The notes below the pieces were generated by a model. It was given only the letters and a program-made list of their open reading frames with translations, made no database searches and was not told where the DNA came from. Positions 36,801-49,008 of a DNA stretch of 64,000 nt are shown here, in pieces. How positions within the stretch are numbered: position 1 is the stretch's first letter; each line of letters starts with the position of its first letter. The DNA is from Phoronis australis. Lineage: Eukaryota; Animalia; Phoronida. The stretch covers positions 739,136 through 803,135 of the forward strand of contig NMRA01000066.1 of assembly GCA_002633005.1 (NCBI GenBank), read 5' to 3'. A program made the translations under genes and the position numbers.

Positions 36801-39715
36801 CCTGGAAAGCCAACTTCGATCTCCCGCTGCTGAGGTAGCGCCGTGCATGGGTGGGATTTTTTTGCATTCGATTGTTGAGTCTAACTATGGAATATAGGAC
36901 TTGGGGTGAAGTGTTTGTTTATTTGAAACGCAGTAAGTTTAGAACTGTCACCATCGAAAACTTCTTCTGAACAAATTTAATCTATATTTTTGGAATATTT
37001 TGCGGTCTTAATTCCCCAAACATCGTCAAAAAGGATCATCTATAATACTATACTAAAAGCGTGTACCTCAGACAAATAAAAACAAATATATATTTTATCG
37101 CTAGGCCAATGGGAAATGCCACTTTCTTTACGGTCACTAAATTTTCTGCAGCTCCCCCAGTTTTTAACTGAATTGCATAAGAGTCATATCATTTGAAAGC
37201 CCACCTTCATGTAGTTAGTAAGATCCAAACTTTTCATTTACAACTGCAAAACAAACACTCAAAAACAAAACCAAATGTCACATTTTTCCGTAAAATATTG
37301 TAACATGATTTCAACACCGCAAAGTGTCTTGTTGAAAAGACTCTTAACATGCAATAAATTCATAGGTTGTCGGAAGTGGCTCCAAGACAGTAGCTGAAAA
37401 CATATTAGAGGCTAGAATATTGCCAGCATCCAGCCAGGACCACAGGTAGGCTCGTATAAATATTGGCCAATGAAATTATCGGGTTTGTTGACTCCGTCAA
37501 AACGCCACCTTTGTGCTACACCTAGACATCCGTTTGTAGGCATAAGTGACCGTGGCTTGATATGCACATTTATTGTATGCATACATTGGTACAGGAATGA
37601 GCCGGAAAGGTGTTAGTGAATCATTTGGTATTTTTGTTGTAATCGTGTAAGTGCCAAAAACACGAACGTGAATGGAATGCATCGGGGTATAGACTGTGAT
37701 TCTGGTTGCAGCAACCGCAATCCACAAAGGAATATTTTTCAATAGATGGAACAACAATAATACGGATTTTTTCAACATCAAGCAATCAGAATGTTTGATT
37801 GTTTTTTTCCAAGGAATCGGAATGCCCGAAATTCAGTTATGCTTTCGATCCTATCGAAAATTACAAAACTATACCTTTAAAGTATTTGCTCTAATTTCAG
37901 CATACATGTATATGTACATGTACGCCGAAATTAGAGCAAATGCATTTATTCTATATATTTGTTAAGCAATGCTTTATTTGTCCTGAAGTTGGGATATCTA
38001 TTAGAACCTATAACATGAGGTTCTTACCAGTGAACTGGAATAGGAATAGGACCCATCGCGAATTTCAACATGTATGTTGCTATTGTCGAATATAGCTGTC
38101 TCAACTTCAACTTTCAATTTGTTCCCGTATTCTGAAAAAGTGAGCAAGGCGACAAACGTGATAGATCAACTTTGCGAGCAAAATAAACGTATACAAGCAT
38201 TTGTCACAGATTTGACAACCCCTTCTGACGCCGCCTCGGGATACGCAAATTCTTAAAGTGTATTTTTGTTGAACCAGAAGACATTTTTGGATAAATACAA
38301 TGCTTATTGCTGCAACTGAAAGATTTGAGTAGATTCTAAACCAGGTTTTAGATTACTAACAGGTATACAATTCGACGAGAGCGTGGTTGCATGGAACCGT
38401 CACAAATATAGAAATTCAACTAAGTGTATTTCTGTGAATAATTAAAACTTTAGAACAAAATGGTGACCAGCCTCCCATCCAGTAACGCGAGGACCTCACT
38501 AAAAAGCAAGACTTCGCGAGATTACGTGAGATATTGACGTGTATTTTAAATGAGAACACGTGACTTTGACTAGATTTTAGCTAGGTCCTATCGTAGGTCC
38601 TAGCGTCTACTGAACGCACGCCAGGACACACGACAGGCGTGACTAACGTTTATTCGAGGTAGTTGACAGTTGTGGCAACACAGATCACAGACAACATATT
38701 CCAAACTCTGCTATTTCACTGTGATATTTCCAGAGGAGGCGCTACACTCTACCATTGTACTTCCGTTTAGTGAGCAGACGGCGCAAACGCCAGAATTGAG
38801 CCGTGTAATCACACTAGAGGCTGCAAGTGAAATGTGACGTTGCGGCTAATAGCGAATAGAGAAGATTTTTGGTTGTGGCTTTTGACCAAAAATCACCAAT
38901 GTTATTATGCATTGAGAATATTCAGAGTTGGCGGTCCAATTCCTTACTGTGAGGTAGCAGTGGAAATGTTTCATCTCTATATTCGTCTTTCGTGGAGATT
39001 CTACTGGTAATTGTGAAATAGCACGGTATAGAGTTTGTTTTAAGAAAAATCACAAACGAAGGTAAAAGCATCTCTTTATATTTAAACCATGGATAGAATG
39101 CAGTACCTGCGTACAGTTTTATGGCACACATATTGCTTGTAGATATACTGTAAGTATGTGCTCTTCCCATGTAGACGTGTACCGTCTCCCAGTCCGAAAC
39201 TTTTTCGCTGCTCGCCGTAACGACGCACTCTATGGAGGCATCGAGGTCGTCTGGAAAATAACCATTAAATGTAGGCGTTGTGCTGCACACGAACATGTGT
39301 TGGCGGCTGCTGGGAAGCCAAGGAGTAAATTAAGATGATACATAATTTTACCGTCAAACCTAAACAAACCACTAATGAATTAAATCGGTAAAAGTGTGTA
39401 TTTTCTTTAATATAAAGCTTGTAGAAAGCCTGACTCATAAGTGACAACGGTACTATGTAAAAAAACGCATTCAGGCGGTCACCAGGTGGGTGGCGAAGTC
39501 GGCTCCAGCCCACCAAGAATTGCTGAAGAACAATTTCACGAGTCTCTTCAAAATAGCTTGACCATTAAAAATATTTACGAATAGGGGAACCAACAGAAAT
39601 GAATGAAGCTTTGTTATCAAAAGTCAAAATGCGCTACGCATGCGCAATACTTACAGCTGGTTGCACGCACTGCAGTAGTCAGCGACATAATAACGGCGAA
39701 TGCAAGATTCTTCAT
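33856..39715 (-). CDS. Type I membrane protein paralogue A, 274 aa (CUB-like ectodomain, TM, Cys string, P/Q/Y-rich tail); exons 39715-39655, 39250-39107, 38131-38028, 36348-36210, 35987-35820, 34064-33856
   Basis: All introns GT-AG, phases 1,1,0,1,1; 825 nt; synonymous differences from copy B. Protein: MKNLAFAVIMSLTTAVRATS...MCAIKLYAEYGNKLKVEVETAIFDNSNIHVEIRDGSYSYSSSLAKL...YYTTQRYVYIVVDK (CUB-like) ...GAIIGIVIGALIGLGLLIGVPICICCCCC...YPQQQ...GTPAL*. Confidence 0.92.
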
Positions 39716-40424
39716 GGCGAATAACAGATGTGTTCTGGCGATGTCGTAAGTGCTGTTCAGTTGAGGTTGTTCTGAAAAATGTTTTAAATTTGGTTAATTA
39801 TTTACATGTGTATGTCTTAGAAATGATGACATCATCAGGACATCAAGAAGTACAACTAGAAGACGTGTATAAGAAAGTACATTTACACACAATGTGCAGA
39901 ACCAGGTTAACTTCACACTACATGTACATAAAAGTTATACGCCGTATGGCAACAACGACGTTGCATTATCAGGCGTCACGTTGTTTTTGTTGAGCACTGC
40001 ACCTGACGTTCACCCTAGACTTCTATTGTCAGTCGACAAGGTACAACAGTGTTATCGCACGACTCCTGTGCTTATCGTTTAACCTTTGGTCGGAAATCTC
40101 GGTTTTTAACCTATCCCAAACGAGCTGAAAAAATGACACTTTTCATAGATGGTTCGACTTAAATCCCCCAAGTGTACATTGAAATCACGATGTGTTCAGC
40201 ATTCCCAAGGTCAAGCGGTTAAGCAGAAAGTTCTGCAAAAGTGTACTTAATACGAATCTACAGCGACTCCGCAACATGACCGACGTTTTTATCTCGTTCA
40301 CTGAAGGATATCTAGCACATTGCCACTTTGTCAAAGCTGGGAAACCGCTCCGTAGACACACGACACTCGGGAGAGAGGATAGTGTGATCACGTGATTTGA
40401 TGGTAATGCTTGTTGATACATATC

Positions 40425-40950
40425 TCAGTCACTCTTGTAGTGAAGTCTTTAAGCGTCATACTATCTAAATGAGTGTCAAAATCCACCCCCAAAAATCTAA
40501 AAGAATTTTTTGTCCAAGACAGACTTTCTTTTGTAGGAATCACGTCATCACTACCATTTTTACTTCCAAATCACACGGCTTTTGTTTTATCCACATGCAC
40601 TTGGAGACCGGAGACAAACGAATTTAGTATATTCAATGTGGTAGTCAATGACAAATTCTACCCATCCAAAGTAATTGATGTGTCGTCTGTATATTGCGAA
40701 AATGAATATTCCTCATTTCCTGCAACTACACCTGCGATATTTCTATTATTCTTGATTAAATACGCCTAAAGTCTCCGAGCAGAATATGAATGCAGGGAGC
40801 CAGGAGGTCACCTTATCTGCAGTTACGTGAAATATTGAACCAGGAAGATGGGTGGCCATTTACGAAAATATTACTATAAAAGACTTTTACCCACCTTCTG
40901 GTCGACCAACCAAATTGAGGACAGCTAATTTTTTGTATATAATTTTCAAT
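40425..40950 (-). mobile_element. L1/Tx1-type LINE reverse transcriptase fragment in intron 1 of paralogue A
   Basis: WVKVFYSN..VNG..S.WF.ISRNCR*GDLLAP...SQYTDDTSITLDG*..SL...SGLQVHVDKTKAV*FGSK...FRFLGV, with stops. Not seen in copy B. Confidence 0.85.
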
Positions 40951-41547
40951 ACAATGAACCAAATGCTTTATCAAAATCGAGCAGTAAGAGCAATTCTGGT
41001 TTGTTGCCTTGTTACCACTGAAAAAGCCAGTCAATTCTCTAACATTTCACAAAAACTTCCCAAAACTGATTCCATGGTACCGAGGAAGCTAGTGAACGAC
41101 AATAGGCTATACAAAAATGAAACACGTTCGTGCAAGTAAGCAATTTGTTGAAATTAACATCATTTTATTTTTGCCGTAATGTTCAAATTTAAGGATTATG
41201 ACGGAAACTTAATTTTAACTTTGTTACTACGTCATCCAAAACCTGCCATAACATGGTGTTTTGCGTTTGCAGGGATGCGACCATGGTCGTCTTGTGGTAA
41301 TAATGCTCAGAGAATGTGTACTTCGCTCGCTATGAGAAAGTACAATCTCTTAAGTAGTCGCCATTTTGATTTGCGAAACACATTTTATGTTTTTTATTAC
41401 CTCTAAAATCTTAGTGAGCACGAGTAACGCGAAATAGGAAACCATCTCAAAGATTGCATTACAGAAACATCGCACATTGCAATACCATGTGATGATACTT
41501 GAATTTATCATAGTTTGGTTTGTTCAGACGTTGTTAAAAATTCTTAC

Positions 41548-41820
41548 CCTGGTTTGCCCTGTTTCCTCCTCGTCGTTTGCCAATCAGTTGTCCAGTCCAG
41601 TCAATAGGGATTGACGTACCGGACGTGCGTTTTGTAGAGGTGATAATCTCGCGAAACAGCGAGAACACGCAAGACTCCGCGAGATCTCAGTGTGTATTTC
41701 AAGTAAACCACGTGATGACACCGGCTTTCTTCGTGAGACTTTTTCGTCTGCGGAACTCTAACCAGAATCACTACCTTTCGCATTGGGTCACGCAGCACCA
41801 ATGTTTAAACTCGTAATCAG
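41548..41820 (-). promoter_or_regulatory. Probable non-coding first exon and promoter of paralogue A
   Basis: Donor CCAGG|GTAAG at 41548 is conserved with CCAAG|GTGAG in copy B. The CpG-richer conserved block includes CACGTGATGACAC. Confidence 0.6.
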
Positions 41821-41835
41821 GAATTGTGTACTTAA

Positions 41836-43217
41836 GGTTATCTCCAACCTTATTTAGTGGCCTACATTCTAACTGGTATATAAATATCTAGTCTTTATCA
41901 GCATGTATTTTTTGAAAAAATAGATCGGGGAATATAAAAATACGTCATTATTATTATTTCATTAACCTCTTTTAAGTCAAAACTCCATGTTTAAGAAAGG
42001 TACATTCATAGCAAAATAACCCCTCGGTCGATTTTAATGAAACCTTTTGAAATGAAAACTTCACCAGTTACCTCGACAACGCTGTTAGGAATTTTCTATT
42101 AGCCTTTTCGTTTGATTTCGATGACAAATCAACTAGAAAAGCGAATGGTATTTTTGTAAAAAATTGATATCGTATTCGTCTTTGTTACATTAAGCAAAAA
42201 CTAGGCCTTTATATCAAAATCCTAAAAGAGGTTTTGAGATTGATGAATAATTTGGAAAGTTTCAGCGAAATCCTCCTAGACGTTTTTAAGAACTCGCGTT
42301 CCAAAGTTCAAAGTTAGTCGATTTTCCGAAGCCGAGAAAAAAACGATTAAGTGGGAAGACGTGAATATTTCAAGGCCAAGTCAAGAACGTCTGTTAATTA
42401 TTCGGTGAAAACTCGTTTGTGGTCTTTATAACCTATACACCTCTTATCCGCGTTCATGTCATCTGAACTTGTAGTGCGTAATTAAGCTAATGATCACGAA
42501 AACTTTTCATTCAAATCAAGTCGATTTTGTCACTGGCAGAGCCAGCGTATGAATTAGGTAAAGCTGGTGCATTCTGGTCAGCTTTAATGTAGGTCAATGG
42601 TTCATTGTTAGACATGATACCAAGGGCTGGGAGACTGATGTGGAAACCAAGTACGAAATGGTTTGATAACTCGTGTCGGTGGTTAAAGCACGTCGTGGCA
42701 AGAGATCGAAATAGCGAAATGGCAAATTACCTGAATTAAGGAATTTGGATGAGGATTTATTTATTTCCACATCTTGCTGTGTTCCTGAACACTAAGACAC
42801 AGAGGCGTGAGGCAATTCTTAACATTCGTTCTCAACGCTCGTATGCATGCAGACTCACAAACCTCTCAGGATCAAAGCTACCTTATGTCTTTATTTTTCC
42901 CGGCATATTCTGTCATATGTACATGTCGTTGAAGCAATATTATGGTTACTCGGTCAATAAAAGGACTGAGGGTACATGTATATACGGAGCTGCCCTGTGC
43001 CTGGCGATTTGAGTGACAGACCCCTTACTTTTGACCACGCGGATAAGTAGTACATGTAAATGAATGTCCACGCAGTTCCAAGGTGATTCTGTCAAATCCA
43101 ATTTTCTCACTACACGATACGTGTCTCGTATTTGAAGTTCCCCGAAAATGAGGATAAAGTATTTTGCTAGACATATGTGAAATGTGTCAATTTATGAGAA
43201 TAAGGTTTGAGGTATCC
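41836..43217. mobile_element. Kolobok-like non-autonomous TIR element upstream of paralogue A
   Basis: TTAA then GGTTATCTCCAACCTTATT; the right-end reverse complement GGATACCTCAAACCTTATT matches 16/19. Right-hand TTAA is decayed (TGTA). Homology with copy B breaks here. Confidence 0.5.
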
Positions 43218-43369
43218 TGTAGCAGTTTCTAAACAATGACTATTTTTCAAAACCATAACCTACAGTGCCAGTATCTTGCATGTGAATTGATCCATATTGC
43301 AAGGGGTTGTTAGGAGGCCACTATTTTTGCTGAACGTGTCGTTTTATTGAAACTCAGTATTTCACTATA

Positions 43370-44470
43370 ATGAATTCTACACATTTAGAAGTTTTGTTCA
43401 AATCCTTTATACTTCCACACATCGATTATTGTGATATTACATGTCAGTTTGCCAATACGGTGCACTCCAATATTTGGAGAAGTTACTGTATCAAGCTGCC
43501 TTACTCATAACCGGAGCATACAGGGAATTCAATAGTGTTATAGTTTTGAATAGTCTCAAGTGGCCCAAACTGTCTACTCGACGCAATCTTCACATGACCA
43601 CATTTACTTTCAAAGTAATGAACAATGTCAACAACGTCTCTGTCAAAAAATATTTAATCTATACACTAGACAAGGCCATCGTAGTGATTTGAGATCCTCC
43701 AACCCACTGCAATTCCTCCGTCATTCAGTCAGGCATTCAGGAGGTCTACAGTTATGATGTGCATCAACAACTGGAATTCTCTTCCAGTCTCTGTTAAGGA
43801 AAGCAACTCTTTTACGAGTATAAAAAATAATTTTAGAACTATTTTTCATAATTTTGGTAACTCCACAACCTTGACTCAATTCTCCCTTCCCTGCGATAAC
43901 GAAATAGCATTGTACAGATCAAGGTGTGGTCTTTTCCTCAACTCCCGACAAGTTTAGGCATAACTTTAGTAATGTCTCTCCAAACTGTAAATGTGGTGAC
44001 CATCCATCTTATCCTCATATTTTCTTCAAATGTCCCTTCATCGAATACCTGAAAGACTCACTCTTTCGTGCACTCAATGAAAACCAATCAATTGTTAACG
44101 CTTTCAATTCTTGTAATACTATCCCTACTAGAGTTACATTATTATTGAATGGTAGTCCTAACCTTGACCTCGTTTTCAATGAATTTCTCCTATGCAACGT
44201 TAGTAAATTTTTATGTACCGTTTATCAATATTGTTGCGTCTGATTTCCATACATGAATCTGTACATATTTTTGTTTTTTATATATTCGTAATAGCATATC
44301 TAAGTATTGGAATACTAATATTAGATACTACTTAAATGTATATACCTCTATGTATGTTAGTTTTATTTATAAATTGTATACAACCCAGATATAATGCTTC
44401 GCGATTTCTGGGTTTGTCATTCTTTCATTGTATGTTCTGTGTATTCAATAGATATATATCACTTTAAAAA
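43370..44470 (+). mobile_element. 5'-truncated CR1/L2-group LINE 3' end
   Basis: KSFILPHIDYCDI / LEKLLYQAALLITGA...LKWPKLSTRR / WNSLP.SVK...F / RHN....SPNCKCG....HIFFKCP...LLLNG across frameshifts, then an AT-rich 3' UTR and short A tail. Confidence 0.85.
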
Positions 44471-44734
44471 AACTACAATATAAATTGGTTTCCTGGACGA
44501 CGAGGGGGATGATGACAACACCAGTTTGCTCTTTTTCCGTTTTCATATTAAGGGAACCCGTTGATCTATAACTACCTTTTTCAACTCACTGGGAGGTTAA
44601 TGATGGATTCCAATGATTCTCATTTTCTGTTTTTGTTAAATCTTACGAGGAACCGTTTATTCTAAGGTCAAAGTCACCTCTTGGAGGTTCACCAGTCACA
44701 AATCAGGTTCTGTCAACTTTTCACGAAGTAAGGT

Positions 44735-44884
44735 CAGTGGCAGACTTAGGGTGGCCAAAGGGGCCATGCCCCCTTTCCTAAAATTCTTCCAGATTGCATT
44801 TGGCAGTTTGGGGGTGACGAACAAAATCCTGGCTAATACCTTGTCCTGCCCACCCCATCACTCAAAATCCTGGATCTGCCCCTG
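44735..44884. mobile_element. GC-rich MITE (related sequence at ~25430-25548)
   Basis: Inverted ends CAGTGGCAGA...TCTGCCCCTG. Shares AAATCCTGGCTAATAC and ATCCTGGATCTGCCCCTGGA with 25493-25550. Confidence 0.65.
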
Positions 44885-46064
44885 GAATTACATCAAATTT
44901 CGAGCAAAATACTTCATGTTCATGTAGACAGCAGCAGTATCAAAAACGCGATTCCAACAACCATTAAAGTAATATTTTATCAAAAACTAGTAACATTGAC
45001 CGTCGTTTGAGAATGGAAGTTTGAAGATCTTGAAGACAACTATTTGTGAATAAAAATTAAAAGTATCAATATTTTTCCTAAGAAAACTTGTAAGAACCGA
45101 GTAGTTTTTGAAGATCATTAATGAAAAGGCAGCGATTGTCGAAAAAGAATGGGGTTGTAGGAAAATCGCGCATGTCGATTAGACTGTCATGTATTTTTGA
45201 TGACCGTGTAGAGTGCACAAGACTAACGGATTAAGATGCTCAAATCACGTGTACTGGCAAACGTAAACAAAGATTTCTATGATTTTGGAGTGCAAGTGCA
45301 ATTCATAAATTGTTACAGGTTATCACTGGAATGGACCAAAACTCGTGTTAAAATGAATAAATTCTGAAAAATCTTCCGATGCCCCGTTTCTCGCGCTCGT
45401 GCAGTGTTCGCCAGGTATCTGCACGCCTTAGAGCTCCACCTAAATCTCTATGCAGTTTCATGTCGACAACCATCTTACAATTTTACATGCACAATAAATA
45501 AAAACCATCACACTCAAAACGACAAATTTCGACCACATAACACAAATCCTGAAACAAGATAATGGTATCTTACCCTCGTCTACCTGTCATAGACTTGGGT
45601 AAATTAATACGTTAAAATTATTGTTAATTGGGAAGAACGACCAACATATTAACGACTAAGAAGGCCGCCGTCAAGCTACATGACTCACTTGAGATTAATC
45701 CATTCATTTTTCAGAAAAAGCAAGTGACACCAATAGTCTGCTGCGAGATCTGTCTGCCTTCAAGATTAATGGACATTTGTAAATGGTGATAGCACAGATA
45801 TAAAATGAGTTTAAAAATGTTGCGCGTTTCTTTGAAAAGTTCTTGTTAACCTGCTGTGTATCATGTTACTGTGTCAATAATAACAGCTTTCTTCGTAGAC
45901 GTTTGTGCTTAACGGGACCTTTGAATTCCTGTGTGCACCCTGACAAGGGGATCGATTGAAAAACGTGATATAACTTGCATATCGCACCACGCTTTCAGAC
46001 ATTATCTTTTTAACGGGTACGTGAGGCAAACTTGGACCAGAATATGACAGGCAACAACGGTTTA

Positions 46065-47617
46065 AGCACTCACAATCATTTCAATATGTCATACATGGGT
46101 GCATCTTATAGTCATGTGTTAATTATACCCGAAACAACTAATTTTTCAAGCAAAATAAGAAATGTCATCAGATGAGAAATTTATTTACAGACTGCAAAAG
46201 AATGGAAAGATGAAAGTTGTTACAGCGAAGCACAGTATGCTTTGCCTGTTGCGCAGGGTTTATTTCCGAGTCTGATAAAATTCACCTGACCCCACCTCGG
46301 GAGACCCCGGGTTCGCTTTTTAGACGGGGCTTGCCATTTTTTTCTAACCGTCAAATGAAACAGTAATGCTGGGATTGTTCTTGAACAGCTCGACCCCCAA
46401 ACCCCACAACCCACATCCCCTCGAATCACAACCCCAACAATCCCCTCGACCCACGTCCTGAGCCAAGAATTTGTAATCATACTGCATGTACTTCGCTGAA
46501 TGACTTTCCCATGAGACTTACATGTGAAAATAATCTGGCTCAAGTCTGATGGTTTAAAACAGAAAGTGGCTCAAGAACATGCTCGGAAATAGCGAACTGT
46601 GAGCGTGCAGTTGTTGCCACGGAAATAGTTCCACGAGGGGCTACCAATAGTCCTGAGATTACGTTAACGTGAATGGACGTATTTTCACATTTCTGTTATT
46701 TTCTTTCTGTTGTATACTCGTTTACAATATACTTCATGTAACATGGAGATACTTATTTAGTTAAGAGTTTGTCTTTTAAATTGTATTTACTAAAGTGAGA
46801 AAAAATACCGTGTAACATATTCGTCGGCTTCTTGTACTCTCCCAAAACAGCTTGAATCTGCCATTCAATGAAGAGCAGACGAGCCGATCAGACTTTGCTT
46901 GGAATGGCATTTGTAACGTTGGAATCGACTCTACTTGATTGCGAAAAACATGGAAAAGCCAACCGAGCTCCCGGATCGTATCGTTTGTCCTGCAAATCCG
47001 CGCTTGTTCTATGTTCAGATCGGATCGAGCTTGTGTAGACTGGATCGGAGGGGTGGCAAGTCGAGGCTGTCGACGGCCGAGAGTATCGTCGGGTGTGGGG
47101 GTCAACGGGGTTTTAGAACAATCCTGCTGCACTTTAGAATTTTCATTCAATTTCTGCTCAGTGATTTCAATTATACACTGTTCTTGTTTTGGATTACCTT
47201 AATGTGATACGAATGTAGTAGCACGCTGTCAGATGTGCTATAAATCAAAACAGTGTTCTGCTCCATTGGTACTGTGAGCAATGGACATCAGATTACATCA
47301 ATGATGTTCACGAGGTTGTATCTTAAATAAAATTCCTTCTTTTTGACAACCGAATAGATTGGCAGTAGAAAGGTCATTCCTGTGATAAGGTACATAAGCG
47401 AGTTCGCCTGTTTATGATATTGGCGTTTCTATGAGAAGGTTCCTTGGTTCACCAACCACACCTGATGAATTTTAAGGATTCTGGTTAAGGCTGTGAAATC
47501 TTGTTTTCATGTTCACTTGATTTAAAAACACGAATGGCTACTTGCCTATTAAGCAAAAAAGAACCAGGTGCCAAAGTTGTTCACCAGACCCCAATTCAAT
47601 TAGAAGCTAGATGCGAA
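46065..47617 (+). repeat. Segment X, copy 2, interrupted by a TIR element
   Basis: Co-linear with 5845-6600 once 46372-47129 is removed. Confidence 0.85.
46372..47124. mobile_element. 753-bp non-autonomous TIR element with 5-bp TSD
   Basis: TGCTG|GGATTGTTCT...AGAACAATCC|TGCTG. A single TGCTG marks the empty site in copy 1 of X (6124-6128). Confidence 0.85.
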
Positions 47618-49008
47618 ACAAAAAGGCATGTATATTTACCCTCGGTTGTAGATTTGTGAGTGTATAAACTAGGGATTAGAAGACCTGTCACGTGATTATG
47701 CTTGGCAGACTTAGCGACATGTATTATCATGAGAAACGCACGTAATCTTAGTTTGAGAAAACGAAACAAGAAATACGAGAGCTGGCAGAATCAGTGTAAG
47801 TTAGAATCCCATCAAATGTCCCCTGACGCAGACGAAATTTATATTAATATAAAATATTGTGATAACATTACAATCGAGGTATCTGAAAGAGTAATTTGCC
47901 TTAGTAGTTCACCCAAGGAGGACCGAGTTGGATTCGTAATAAATCGTGATTTTCAACACTGCCACAGATTATCTTCAACAGCGCCACGTATTACAAAAAT
48001 TGCAATGTTTGCCCCGATTTATTGCAATGGTCCTTGTTTTAAAACTCAAATAAACTGAACAGTAATTAATCCATCTAAGGCGCAAGATTCAAAATGAATA
48101 GAAGTGCAGTTTAAAGGTATGAATTCAGATCTTGACCATTAAGGAACCAGAAAATTTACATTTTAATTTAAGATTAACAGTCGACAGCATAAAGGTTTTT
48201 TGATATGTCACGAACGAATTCCAACTGAGAATTGTTCAGCAGTACGCAAACCGTGCGCACGTTCAACTCGCATTACATCCATGTAAGAACAAGGCGTTTG
48301 TGTGATTTAAGCTCAAAAGCACTATTTAATTCCATTTCAAAACAACAATCGTGAAAAAGTCACAGCAAACAATCGTACACTTTGGTTCAAAACGAGTCGT
48401 GCAGGACCTTAGGTTTCCTCAAAAATAGTACGAAGTCGTTAAACCTTTGTTTTCCAATCAATATCCACATGCAAAGACACCTGTTGGACGCGTCACGTGA
48501 CCTAATGTATTAGTCTGAAAATATTTCTGACGTGTCCGGGACGCGAATGCTTGGAGTCGTTCTGAACTACCAATAGGGATTATCGGTGATGCGGCCAACA
48601 GCTGGCGGGAAAATCAGGCTTGACGTGTTTGCGATCCATATCTCCACGGTGGCTTAAAATCCACTTATTCATATACAATCCATATACACTTCGGATTATC
48701 AATAAGACATATAACATGTACACATTACAAATTTATCACGGATTTTTATTTTTGACCGTTTTTACAGAGGTTTAAGTAGAATGACTTCTGTGGTCAGATT
48801 GTATACCTTCACCTAACTGAAACTTAAATGATAGCTTCAATTAGAAACAGTCATGTTTGATGAAAGTGCCCAGCTCACTTTTGATCACGAGGACATTTCA
48901 TGAATGTAGAGTTTTTAAGAGTATTTGTTTTTCTGTCGCATTGTTAAACATTCACTACAGTTACTCCCCTCTTCCTCCGGTCTGGAATGAATTGAACAAG
49001 TAGTTTAA

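Larger units (their letters stand above)
31010..45500. repeat. Tandem segmental duplication, unit A (homologous to 47745-63790)
   Basis: Co-linear homology of the downstream flank, exons, introns, promoter and upstream flank (e.g. 44530-45500 vs 63170-63790), interrupted by copy-specific insertions. Ends approximate. Confidence 0.92.

Noticed and set aside
37038-37460. Helitron (A|TCTATAATACTATACTAAAAG 5' end) in an intron of paralogue A
   Set aside because: The 5' end is suggestive but there is no convincing 3' hairpin plus CTRR.
37497-37781. 94-aa ORF with a hydrophobic start as a receptor exon
   Set aside because: Lies in an intron, has no counterpart in copy B, and the flanking exons already join in phase.
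41350-41368. AAAATGGCG as start codon of the receptor genes
   Set aside because: Stops after 4 codons in A and 11 in B; treated as a YY1-like motif.
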